Source: Paludibacteraceae bacterium (lineage in GTDB: Bacteria; Bacteroidota; Bacteroidia; Bacteroidales; Paludibacteraceae). From it: a DNA stretch of 61,767 nucleotides. Below the pieces are notes generated by a model. The model ran no database searches and was not told the origin of the DNA. It worked only from the letters and a program-made list of their open reading frames with translations. This document shows, one piece after another, positions 41,579 through 50,300 of the stretch; the stretch's first letter is position 1, and the number at the start of each line of letters is the position of its first letter. The DNA is taken from the NCBI GenBank assembly GCA_024683975.1, contig JAIKXR010000124.1, forward strand, positions 1-61,767. Reading direction: 5' to 3'. The position numbers and the translations under genes are program-made.

Positions 41579-42391
41579 ATGAAATCACGTTCATTTCTTA
41601 TTGCGCTTTTGATGGCTTGCAATATGTCAGTCAGCGCGCAAACGATTAGTTTTCAAATAGTGTATGACGAGATAGAATCGGTGCGCGGTGAGTTGTACCA
41701 GTACAGCGAGCGGTATCTTGGCACCAAAGAGGCTGTCAAAGAGAGCGGAACCAACTTTGTATTGCGTTCAATAAGCCTGCAAGATGAAGATACGGCAGTC
41801 ATGTCAAGCAAAAGGAACAGACATCAACACAACTGTTACCGCAAGTTCGAAAAAAAGCAAGTTGCACATCTGCCGGCATTGAATGAGGATGCCTTGTTAG
41901 CATCAAACACAGCCAAGAAAGCGGAAACAGTTGCCAAACAGATTTACCGTATACGCGAGGCACGAATAGCCATTCTGAGCGGTGAGAGCGAACATACGCC
42001 TGCCGATGGCAAGGCAATGGAACTGACTCTGAAAGAACTCAACAGGCAGGAAGAAGAGTTGACGGAACTGTTTGTAGGCACAACCTACTCCACCCGACGC
42101 GAAAAGACAATCGAATATACACTAAACGACTCAATATGTGAAGAGGTCAGCGATGTGATGATTCGTTTTTCGCAGTTTGCAGGACCGGTGGCGGTGGACG
42201 ACTTAAGCGGTGAACCGATACAAATAGTACGTCATAACAAACTGGCAGAACGGCCGTCTTCCAACAAAAAAGCAAAAAAAGGCGCAACAGAAACGTATAT
42301 ATCGGGAAGCAAAATAGAAGTCGTATATGACGGCAAAACGCTGATGGAAAACAAGTTGCAACAGAAAGAAGATACAATACAAAAGAAATGA
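41579..42391 (+). CDS. Secreted hypothetical protein (DUF4831-like, tentative)
   Basis: Signal peptide MKSRSFLIALLMACNMSVSAQ. The family assignment is from memory of recN neighbourhoods only. Confidence 0.45.
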   Translation: MKSRSFLIALLMACNMSVSAQTISFQIVYDEIESVRGELYQYSERYLGTKEAVKESGTNFVLRSISLQDEDTAVMSSKRNRHQHNCYRKFEKKQVAHLPALNEDALLASNTAKKAETVAKQIYRIREARIAILSGESEHTPADGKAMELTLKELNRQEEELTELFVGTTYSTRREKTIEYTLNDSICEEVSDVMIRFSQFAGPVAVDDLSGEPIQIVRHNKLAERPSSNKKAKKGATETYISGSKIEVVYDGKTLMENKLQQKEDTIQKK

Positions 42392-43320
42392 CCTATATGA
42401 ATAAACATATTCAGCTATATGCAATATGTCTGCTGTTGTTGTGGGCAGGAGCATTGAATGCACAAGAGTTGCGTTGCACGGTGAATGTGAATGCAGACAA
42501 AGTGGACGGATCGAACAAAGAGATGTTCAAGACATTGCAACAGACAATAACAGACTTTGTGAACACCACTCGTTGGACAGATATGGTTTTTACAGAACAG
42601 GAGCGGATTGAATGCAGTATGATGTTCATTGTCAATTCAGTAACCACAGACGGTATAGTGGATGCCACGCTCCAAGTACAAAGCAAACGACCTGTCTATG
42701 GAACTTCCTACTCCACTCCCCTGCTGAATATGATGGACGAAGACTGCGGGTTTGCATATCAGGAATACGACAGGATGGAATACCAACCGACACAGTTCAC
42801 GACCAATCTGACAGCGATTGTAACGTATTACTGTTACCTGATAATCGGTTATGATTTAGACAGTTACTCCAAATTAGGCGGAACAAGTTGCTTTCAAGTA
42901 TGCGAGCAGATAGCAGCCGGCGCACAAACGGCATCAATAACCAATGGCGAACAAGCAGGTTGGAAAGCATTTGGAAGCTCACATAACCGCTACGTATTGA
43001 TTAACAACCTGATGGACGAAGCATTCAAGAACTACAGGTTGTATTTTTATCAGTACCATCGGATGGGTTTAGACGTGATGAGTACTAATGTGACGAACGG
43101 CAGGGCTACCATAAGCGAAGGTATGGCTGTGCTGAAAGAAGCCAAGCAGGCACGTCCTAACTCGTTTGTAGTGAACGTGTTCATGGACTCGAAGAACGAT
43201 GAACTGACCAATCTTTACAGCAAGGCTCCGGATAGCGAGAAGAACAGTTTTTTGACGCTTATGGAGTCCGTCGATCCGACACGTATGTCGCAATATGAAA
43301 AGATAAAAGAAGGAAAATAA
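42388..43320 (+). CDS. Secreted hypothetical protein (DUF4835-like, tentative)
   Basis: Signal peptide ...LLLLWAGALNAQ. It overlaps the previous gene by 4 nt. The family assignment is from memory only. Confidence 0.45.
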   Translation: MTYMNKHIQLYAICLLLLWAGALNAQELRCTVNVNADKVDGSNKEMFKTLQQTITDFVNTTRWTDMVFTEQERIECSMMFIVNSVTTDGIVDATLQVQSKRPVYGTSYSTPLLNMMDEDCGFAYQEYDRMEYQPTQFTTNLTAIVTYYCYLIIGYDLDSYSKLGGTSCFQVCEQIAAGAQTASITNGEQAGWKAFGSSHNRYVLINNLMDEAFKNYRLYFYQYHRMGLDVMSTNVTNGRATISEGMAVLKEAKQARPNSFVVNVFMDSKNDELTNLYSKAPDSEKNSFLTLMESVDPTRMSQYEKIKEGK

Positions 43321-43327
43321 GATTTTT

Positions 43328-44917
43328 GTGCTGACACATTTACATATTCAGAACTACGCACTGATAGGTCAATTGGATATTGATTTCGGTGAGGGCTTTT
43401 CGGTGCTGACTGGTGAGACCGGAGCCGGCAAGAGCATTATACTTGGTGCTTTGGCGTTGGTGATGGGCGGCAGGGCGGATACAAAAACTATAACAGAAGG
43501 AGAAACACGATGCGTGATTGAAGCCACTTTTGTGGATAACTGTGAAGAACTGCTTATTCGGAGAGAACTGAATCAAAACGGCAGGTCGCGCTCATTTGTC
43601 AATGATGAGGTCGTGTCTCAAGCAGAACTGAAACAACTTGCCGGCAGGTTGATAGATATCCATTCGCAGCACGAGAACCTGCTGTTAGGGGACGACTCGT
43701 TCCAACTCAATATAGTGGATGCCATCGCATTTGCCGGAGATAGTAATCCATTGGAGCAGTTCTCCACCATGTTTGACAAGTATCAAGACCTGCAGAACAG
43801 ATTGACGGCATTGCAACAAGAGGCAAAAAAAGCACGTCAAGAGGCTGACTATTTGCGCTTTCAAAGAGACCAACTGTTAGATGCCCAACTGAGAAAAGGC
43901 GAGGAGGACGAACTGACTGAAGAAGAGTATCGGTTGAGCCATGCAGAGGAGTTGCAACAACACTTGCAGACAGCAATACATACACTTACTGATGACGGAG
44001 GCGTGCTGGGTATGATACATTCGATTCAGTTAGCCGCTGCTTCTTCTGCTTTAAACGAACGGCTGCAAAGCGCTTACATTGAACTGAATGACATAGCCGA
44101 TGAAACTCAACGAATAGCCGACCGTACGGAAGTCAATCCACAACGGTTGGCGGAAGTGGAAGAGCGAATCAGTCAGTTGGATACTCTGAAGCGCAAACAC
44201 GGAGTGCAGACGGCGGACGAACTGATAGAGGTAAGGGACAGACTTGACATACAGTGCCGGCATATTGACTCCTACGATACAGAGATAGAAGACCTGCAAA
44301 AAGAACTGTCAGAGCAGGAAAGCAAGATAACAGCGGCAGCAAGAATACTGACAGAAAGGCGAAAAGCGGTGGTGCCTGATATTGTGGAGGAATTGACCGA
44401 CAATCTGACTAAGTTAGGTATCCGTCATGCCAAAGTTGATGTGGCAATTGGCGAATTGAACAACTATACGAGCAAGGGAAAGGATGATGTACAATTCCTC
44501 TTTGCCGCCAATCTTAATCAGACACCACGCCGCGTGAGTGAGGTGGCAAGCGGGGGGGAGATGAGCAGGTTGATGCTATGTATCAAGTCGCTTATCGCAT
44601 CCACCAACGGTTTGCCTACCATTATTTTTGACGAGATAGACACAGGTGTCAGCGGCGAGATTGCTGCGCGAATGGGGGAAATAATGGGACAGATGGCCTG
44701 TTCGCGGCAAATAATCGCCATAACACATCTTCCGCAGATAGCGGCAATGGGCGAGGCGCAATATAAGGTTTATAAGCAAGATACGGAAAAAAGGACGGAG
44801 ACTTCAATTCGAATTCTGAGCAAAGAGGAACGTATTGACGAGATTGCTTCCATGCTCAGCGGCAGCACCCCTACCCCTGCTGCACGTGACAACGCACTGC
44901 AACTGTTACAACACTGA
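43328..44917 (+). CDS. recN: DNA repair protein RecN
   Basis: LHIQNYALIGQLDIDFGEGFSVLTGETGAGKSI (Walker A), a long coiled coil, then SGGEMSRLMLCIK and IIFDEIDTGVSG. It starts with GTG. Confidence 0.9.
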   Translation: MLTHLHIQNYALIGQLDIDFGEGFSVLTGETGAGKSIILGALALVMGGRADTKTITEGETRCVIEATFVDNCEELLIRRELNQNGRSRSFVNDEVVSQAELKQLAGRLIDIHSQHENLLLGDDSFQLNIVDAIAFAGDSNPLEQFSTMFDKYQDLQNRLTALQQEAKKARQEADYLRFQRDQLLDAQLRKGEEDELTEEEYRLSHAEELQQHLQTAIHTLTDDGGVLGMIHSIQLAAASSALNERLQSAYIELNDIADETQRIADRTEVNPQRLAEVEERISQLDTLKRKHGVQTADELIEVRDRLDIQCRHIDSYDTEIEDLQKELSEQESKITAAARILTERRKAVVPDIVEELTDNLTKLGIRHAKVDVAIGELNNYTSKGKDDVQFLFAANLNQTPRRVSEVASGGEMSRLMLCIKSLIASTNGLPTIIFDEIDTGVSGEIAARMGEIMGQMACSRQIIAITHLPQIAAMGEAQYKVYKQDTEKRTETSIRILSKEERIDEIASMLSGSTPTPAARDNALQLLQH

Positions 44918-45001
44918 CAGAAGTGGTTTTCCTCTGTTTCCCGAAATAAGCCCAAAGGTCACCCAAAGATAACTCGTATAAAAACGACACGGTAATATAA
45001 C

Positions 45002-45045
45002 AAACAAGACCATACAATCAGTAGCAGATTTGTATGGTCTTGTTT
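45002..45045. terminator. Bidirectional hairpin between recN and rpmE2
   Basis: AACAAGACCATACAA-tcagtagcagat-TTGTATGGTCTTGTT is a 15-bp perfect stem. Confidence 0.65.
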
Positions 45046-45059
45046 ATCAATTTCAGCTG

Positions 45060-45317
45060 TTAGGCTTTCTTCTGGCGGTTGCCATAGCGTGACAAGAACT
45101 TGTCCACACGACCGGCGGTATCCACCAGTTTGGCTTGACCGGTATAGAAGGGGTGAGAGGTGTTGGAAATTTCCAACTTGATGAGCGGATACTGAACGCC
45201 ATCTATCTCAATCGTGTCCTTCGTGGCTGCCGTTGAACGGCTGAAGAACTGCGTGCCGTCACTCATATCCTTGAAAACGACTACACGGTAATTATCCGGA
45301 TGAATTCCTTTTTTCAT
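45060..45317 (-). CDS. rpmE2: 50S ribosomal protein L31, type B (zinc-independent)
   Basis: [17 protein letters not shown]...HPFYTG. It lacks the CxxC pair, so I call it type B. Confidence 0.9.
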   Translation of the reverse strand: MKKGIHPDNYRVVVFKDMSDGTQFFSRSTAATKDTIEIDGVQYPLIKLEISNTSHPFYTGQAKLVDTAGRVDKFLSRYGNRQKKA

Positions 45318-45364
45318 AATTCTGTTTTTTAGTTTTTGCTTTTTTACGTCAGTCAGTCGCTTTC

Positions 45365-45808
45365 TTATTCGGCAGCAACTACGTCAAGACGGATGTCAGC
45401 TTTCACTTCGCGGTGCAGGCGGGCGTGAGCCGTACCTTCGCCAAGTTGCTTGATTGGTTCAACGGTGATGACACGGCGGTCGATTTCCATACCCTGCTCC
45501 TTGAGAGCGTCAGAAACCTGCTGGGCGGTAACCGAACCGAAAATCTTGCCGTCTTCGTTAGCCTTGACTGCCACGCGGATAACCGTTTGTGAGAGGCGTG
45601 TCGCAAGGTCTTGGGCGGCTGCGAGTGCCTGAGCAAACTTGCGGGCCTGTTGGCGAAGGTTCTCGGCGTTCTGCTTCTTGTTGCTCTCGTTGGCGATAAT
45701 GGCCATTTTCTGGGGGATAAGATAGTTGCGGGCATAGCCGTCGCGAACTTTCACGATGTCGCTCTTGTAGCCGAGCGTGTCAATGTCTTGCAAAAGTATA
45801 ACTTCCAT
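45365..45808 (-). CDS. rplI: 50S ribosomal protein L9
   Basis: [36 protein letters not shown] is the canonical L9 N-terminus. Confidence 0.93.
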   Translation of the reverse strand: MEVILLQDIDTLGYKSDIVKVRDGYARNYLIPQKMAIIANESNKKQNAENLRQQARKFAQALAAAQDLATRLSQTVIRVAVKANEDGKIFGSVTAQQVSDALKEQGMEIDRRVITVEPIKQLGEGTAHARLHREVKADIRLDVVAAE

Positions 45809-45820
45809 AGTGTGCCCTCC

Positions 45821-46087
45821 TTATTTCATCAAATCGATTACGTATGGCAGCAAAGCCAAGTGGCGTGCTTTCTTCACGGCCTGAGCTACTTTGCGCTGGA
45901 ACTTAAGACTGGTACCGGTAATACGGCGAGGAAGAATCTTACCCTGCTCATTGAGGAACTTCTTCAAGAAATCCGGATCTTTGTAGTCGATGTAACGAAT
46001 TCCCGCTTTCTTGAAACGGCAGTACTTTTTCTTGCTCTTGTCTCTCACTTGCGGAGTGAGGAAACGAATCTCATCGTTCTGTGCCAT
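45821..46087 (-). CDS. rpsR: 30S ribosomal protein S18
   Basis: [46 protein letters not shown] is the canonical S18 sequence. Confidence 0.93.
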   Translation of the reverse strand: MAQNDEIRFLTPQVRDKSKKKYCRFKKAGIRYIDYKDPDFLKKFLNEQGKILPRRITGTSLKFQRKVAQAVKKARHLALLPYVIDLMK

Positions 46088-46089
46088 AA

Positions 46090-46452
46090 TTATGCCTCCT
46101 CTTGGTTAGCGGGTTCAACATTTTTCTTACCGCCACGGCGTTTCTCGCTGTACTGGTAAGCATACTTGTCAAGACGTGTGGTGAGGAAACGAATAACGCG
46201 CTCGTCACGACGGAATTCGGTCTCGAGAGTGGCTATTACACTCGGCTCAACGTCAAACTGCAACAGGGCATAGAAACCTGTTGTCTTGCCTTGGATGGGG
46301 TATGCCAGTTTGCGCAACCCCCACTCCTCGCGCTCTATAACGGTACCGCCGTTCTGCACGAGAAGGTCACTGAACTTGCTGACTGTTTCCTTCATCTGCG
46401 GCTCAGACAAAACGGGAGTTAAGATGAAAACAGCCTCGTAGTGATTGATCAT
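46090..46452 (-). CDS. rpsF: 30S ribosomal protein S6
   Basis: [17 protein letters not shown]...GLRKLAYPI is the canonical S6 sequence. Confidence 0.93.
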   Translation of the reverse strand: MINHYEAVFILTPVLSEPQMKETVSKFSDLLVQNGGTVIEREEWGLRKLAYPIQGKTTGFYALLQFDVEPSVIATLETEFRRDERVIRFLTTRLDKYAYQYSEKRRGGKKNVEPANQEEA

Positions 46453-46558
46453 TTGTGTTAAAAATTATTTAATTGGTTAATAAAACTGTCGTTTTTGCAG
46501 TTCTACTATACGTAACCGGTAAAATGAATTATCGTACGCTATAGCACACAAAAACGCG

Positions 46559-46566
46559 CAAAAGTA
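46559..46566 (-). promoter_or_regulatory. -7 box TACTTTTG of the rpsF-rpsR-rplI operon
   Basis: The plus strand reads CAAAAGTA. It is followed on the minus strand by a ~100-nt leader containing a hairpin (46509-46547, CTATACGTA.../...TACGCTATAG). Confidence 0.5.
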
Positions 46567-46644
46567 CTGCATTTTTTCTACCCACCAAACAAAATTCTCA
46601 AAAAATCTTTACAAATCAGCAAATATTAACCGTTCACCGGTCGC

Positions 46645-46868
46645 TGTCTGTATGCTATATCGAGCGGGTGATTACCGGGTGATTACCGGGTGATTTGCGG
46701 ATTGTTCAGCAAACCGCACCGAAGGATCACTGTAAGTTCACAAAAATATCACATCACATATTGCATATATCCTCATTTCTTTTGTACCTTTGCCGCTGTT
46801 AAACATGCCGTCCCCTGCCGAAACAGCAGGAACACTGGTTCCGGCAGCGTAAAAAAGCGGGAACATAA
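46645..46868 (+). repeat. Promoter/micro-ORF module, copy 1
   Basis: About 85-90% identical by eye to 58123-58332. It contains 3 x 11-bp GGGTGATTACC (46666-46698), CACCGAAGGA, a TACCTTTG -7 box (46785-46792) and a 15-codon ORF (46805-46852). Confidence 0.85.
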
Positions 46869-47337
46869 TCCACGAATATTTTTTGCTCATCAACGGTCAT
46901 CATATTTTGATTGTAACCGGCTGAAAATGGTCATTTTAATATGCGTTAAGTGCTGTACTTTTTTGCGATGTTCACCGGTCGCGATATTGATTTTTGTAAT
47001 TAACGGAATATCAACAGTTTGTGAATTTTAGGTTATGCGAAGGTTATGTGAAGGTATTGGGAAGGTATTGGGAAAGTGTTATAATATACTGAAAATAAGC
47101 CGAATGTAATACAGAAGAAATAATGTAATTCAAGTTTCGCAAGTTGAGGGAAGTCGTGTTGCTGACGCAACATTACAGATGAAAACGATTGGGGATGAAC
47201 AAAAATATTCGTAAAAAATCCGTGAGCAATCATATTTTTTCCACGACAATGAACCAACCGATATACAACCAACTGACAGCCTATAACATACCACCCCGCA
47301 CAGACATCAGTCCCGAATTAGATAATCCACCACATAT

Positions 47338-50300
47338 ATGTTCTTTCAAAACTCCATCCTGAAGAAATACCTCGCCATGCTCAATGATGAGCAGGTCAAG
47401 GCGGCATGGGAGCAATACCAGGCTTTGTTCCTGAATCAGACCAGGCAGGACAACATCCTTACCTCGAAAGAGGAGCAGTACCAGGAAGGTTTCCTGCGCG
47501 AGTTGTTTGTCAAGACGCTGGGTTATACCATCAACCCCGACCCCGACTTCAATCTCATTACCGAGAAGAAGAACGAGACAGACTCCAAGAAGGCGGACGG
47601 AGCCATCCAGCGTGACGGCAAAGTGATTGGCATCATCGAACTCAAAGACCATAAAACGCCGGACTTGAAGCAGGTGGAGACACAGGCATTCGGCTACAAG
47701 AACCGGCATCGTGGCACGCGGTATGTGGTCATCTCCAATTTTGAGAAACTGCGTTTCTATATTGATGACGCGACAGAATACATGGAGTGGGATTTGTTCT
47801 CGCTCAAAGAAGAGGATTTCCGTGAACTCTTTTTCTGCCTGTCATGGGACACGCTCAGCCAGGATCTGCCGATTAAAGCCAAGACGGAGAGCGTCAGCAG
47901 CGAGGACCAGATAACGCAGCAGCTCTATCGCGACTATTCCGCTTTCAAGCGTGAACTGTTTGCCGACATCCTCAAGAACAACACCACGGACGAGACACCC
48001 AAAGAGCAGATACTCCTCCTTTTCAAAAAGACACAGAAACTCCTTGACCGCCTGCTGTTCATCTTCTTTGCCGAGGACAGCGGACTGCTGCCGCCCAATT
48101 CGATGGTCCTGATTTTAGACGACTGGCAGAAACTCAAGGATATGGACGAGTACCGGCCGCTATACAGCCGCATACGGAAGTACTTCGGCTATCTCGACAC
48201 GGGCTTTCAGGGGAAACATTACGAAATCTTCGCTTACAACGGCGGCTTGTTCAAACCCGACGAGGTATTAGACAGCATCACCATCAGCGATGAGGTGCTG
48301 GCTGCGCACTGCCGCCGTCTGTCGGACTACAACTACGCTTCCGAGGTCGATGTCAATATCCTCGGACACATCTTCGAGAACTCGCTCAACGAGATTGAGG
48401 AAGTCACAGCACAAATCAACAGGAGCGCAAGCGTCCCGCTTGCGAAAAATGAAGATGCGTCAAACAGCCGCGAGCGGGACGCTCACGCTCCCGGCAAACG
48501 CAAGCGCGACGGCGTGTTCTATACCCCGCAGTATATCACCAAATACATCGTTGAGAACACTGTCGGCCGCCTCTGCGCGGAGAAAAAAGCGGAACTGGGC
48601 GTAACCGGGAGCGCAAGCGTCCCGCTTGCGAAGAAGGCTGACAAACAAGCGCGCCTGGCAGTTCTTGAACGCTACCGTGAGTGGCTTAAAGGAATCACCA
48701 TCTGCGACCCTGCCTGCGGTTCGGGTGCATTCCTCAATGCCGCGCTCCGTTTCCTGATGGATGAGCACAAACTGCTTGATGAGATGGAAGCGAAAGTGGC
48801 TGGAGCCAGTATCGTCTTCCAGAATGTGGAAAACGCCATTTTGGAGAACAACCTCTTTGGCGTGGATATCAACGAGGAGAGTGTGGAGATAGCGAAACTG
48901 GCTTTGTGGCTCCGTACCGCCAAGCCGCACCGCAAACTGAGTTCGCTTAATGATAACATTAAATGCGGTAACTCTCTTATTAACGACCCGGAAATCGCAA
49001 GAGAAAAAGCCTTCAACTGGCAGGCCGAGTTCCCGGATGTCTTCAAGAGCGCGAGCGTCCCGCTCGCGACAAATATGTCAACAGTCATGAGCGACCAACG
49101 CGAGCGGGACGCTCACGCTCCTGTTAAGCCATGGCATAGCAGACACTACGTGCCGCATATTGAGGACAAAAAATTCCAGTTTGTCACTTTCCGCTTATAC
49201 GACAGTATGCCAAAGGATATTATAGACAAATGGAAGGAAGAATTAAAGATTACTGACGAAGAGAAAACACCTGTTCCGATTTTAACCCGATTGTTAGAAC
49301 GAATAAACAAATTTGAGGATACAGGATATGGTCAGTGCTTCTTACGTGATGAACGGATAGCCAAGCTGGTGGAGGATGCTTTACTGCGTTTTGACGGTCA
49401 ACAATACAGATTGTTAAGGTGGTGCATTATGCCCAATCATGTACACGTTCTTATTGAAGTGTTACCAAACAACAGTCTGACTGCTATTATGCACTCATGG
49501 CGTTCCTATACAGCACATGAAGCAAACAAGATTTTAGAACGTACAGGAGAGTTTTGGCAAAAAGAGTATTTTGACCGTTATATACGTAATGCCCAGCATT
49601 TCCGTGATACGGTGGATTATATCGATAATAACCCTGTTAATGCAGGACTGGTTGCCACACCTGAAGATTGGCAGTGGTGTACCAGGAGCGCGAGCGTCCC
49701 GCTCGCGACAAGTGAGACGACTAACACTAACGACCTTCGCAAGCGAGACGCTTGCGCTCCTGAAGACCAACGCGAGCGGGACGCTCACGCTCCTGAAGAC
49801 CTTCGCAAGCGAGACGCTTGCGCTCCCGGCTTCGACATCGTAATCGGCAATCCGCCGTATGTGAATATGGTCAATATACTTGACGAGAACCAACGCAAGT
49901 ATTACCAAAAGAACTACAAGACTGTCAAGAACAAGTCGGATTTATATTCCATCTTTACCGAGAAGTCCGCACAACTCCTTAAACCCAACGGAAAATTCGG
50001 ATTTATCTTCTCCAACAGTTGGATGGGGACAGAGAGTTTCTCCACTTTCAGAGAGTTCCTTGCACATGATGTGAAAGTGACCAAACTGGTGGAATTGCCG
50101 CCAGGTGTCTTTTCGGATGCGACAGTGACTACCGTCCTGTGTTTTTACGAGAACACCAAACCGAAGGAAACAGATATCATTGAAATAGAGACATACAAAG
50201 ACGGGCAGTTTATTCCCAAAGGCTTTTTCCTTCCCTATAAGCAGGTACTGGAGAACCCCAATACTTCATTCTCATTTGAGAAGACAATAGAACTGAACAA

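Noticed and set aside
45611-46159. 182-aa plus-strand ORF spanning rplI, rpsR and rpsF
   Set aside because: It is antisense to three canonical ribosomal protein genes.
49685-49826. Repeat-spacer look of the REP cluster, considered as a CRISPR-like array
   Set aside because: There are only three 33-nt units with 10-nt non-unique linkers. It lies inside an ORF, I saw no cas genes, and the units are the same palindromic REP found as inverted doublets elsewhere in the gene.
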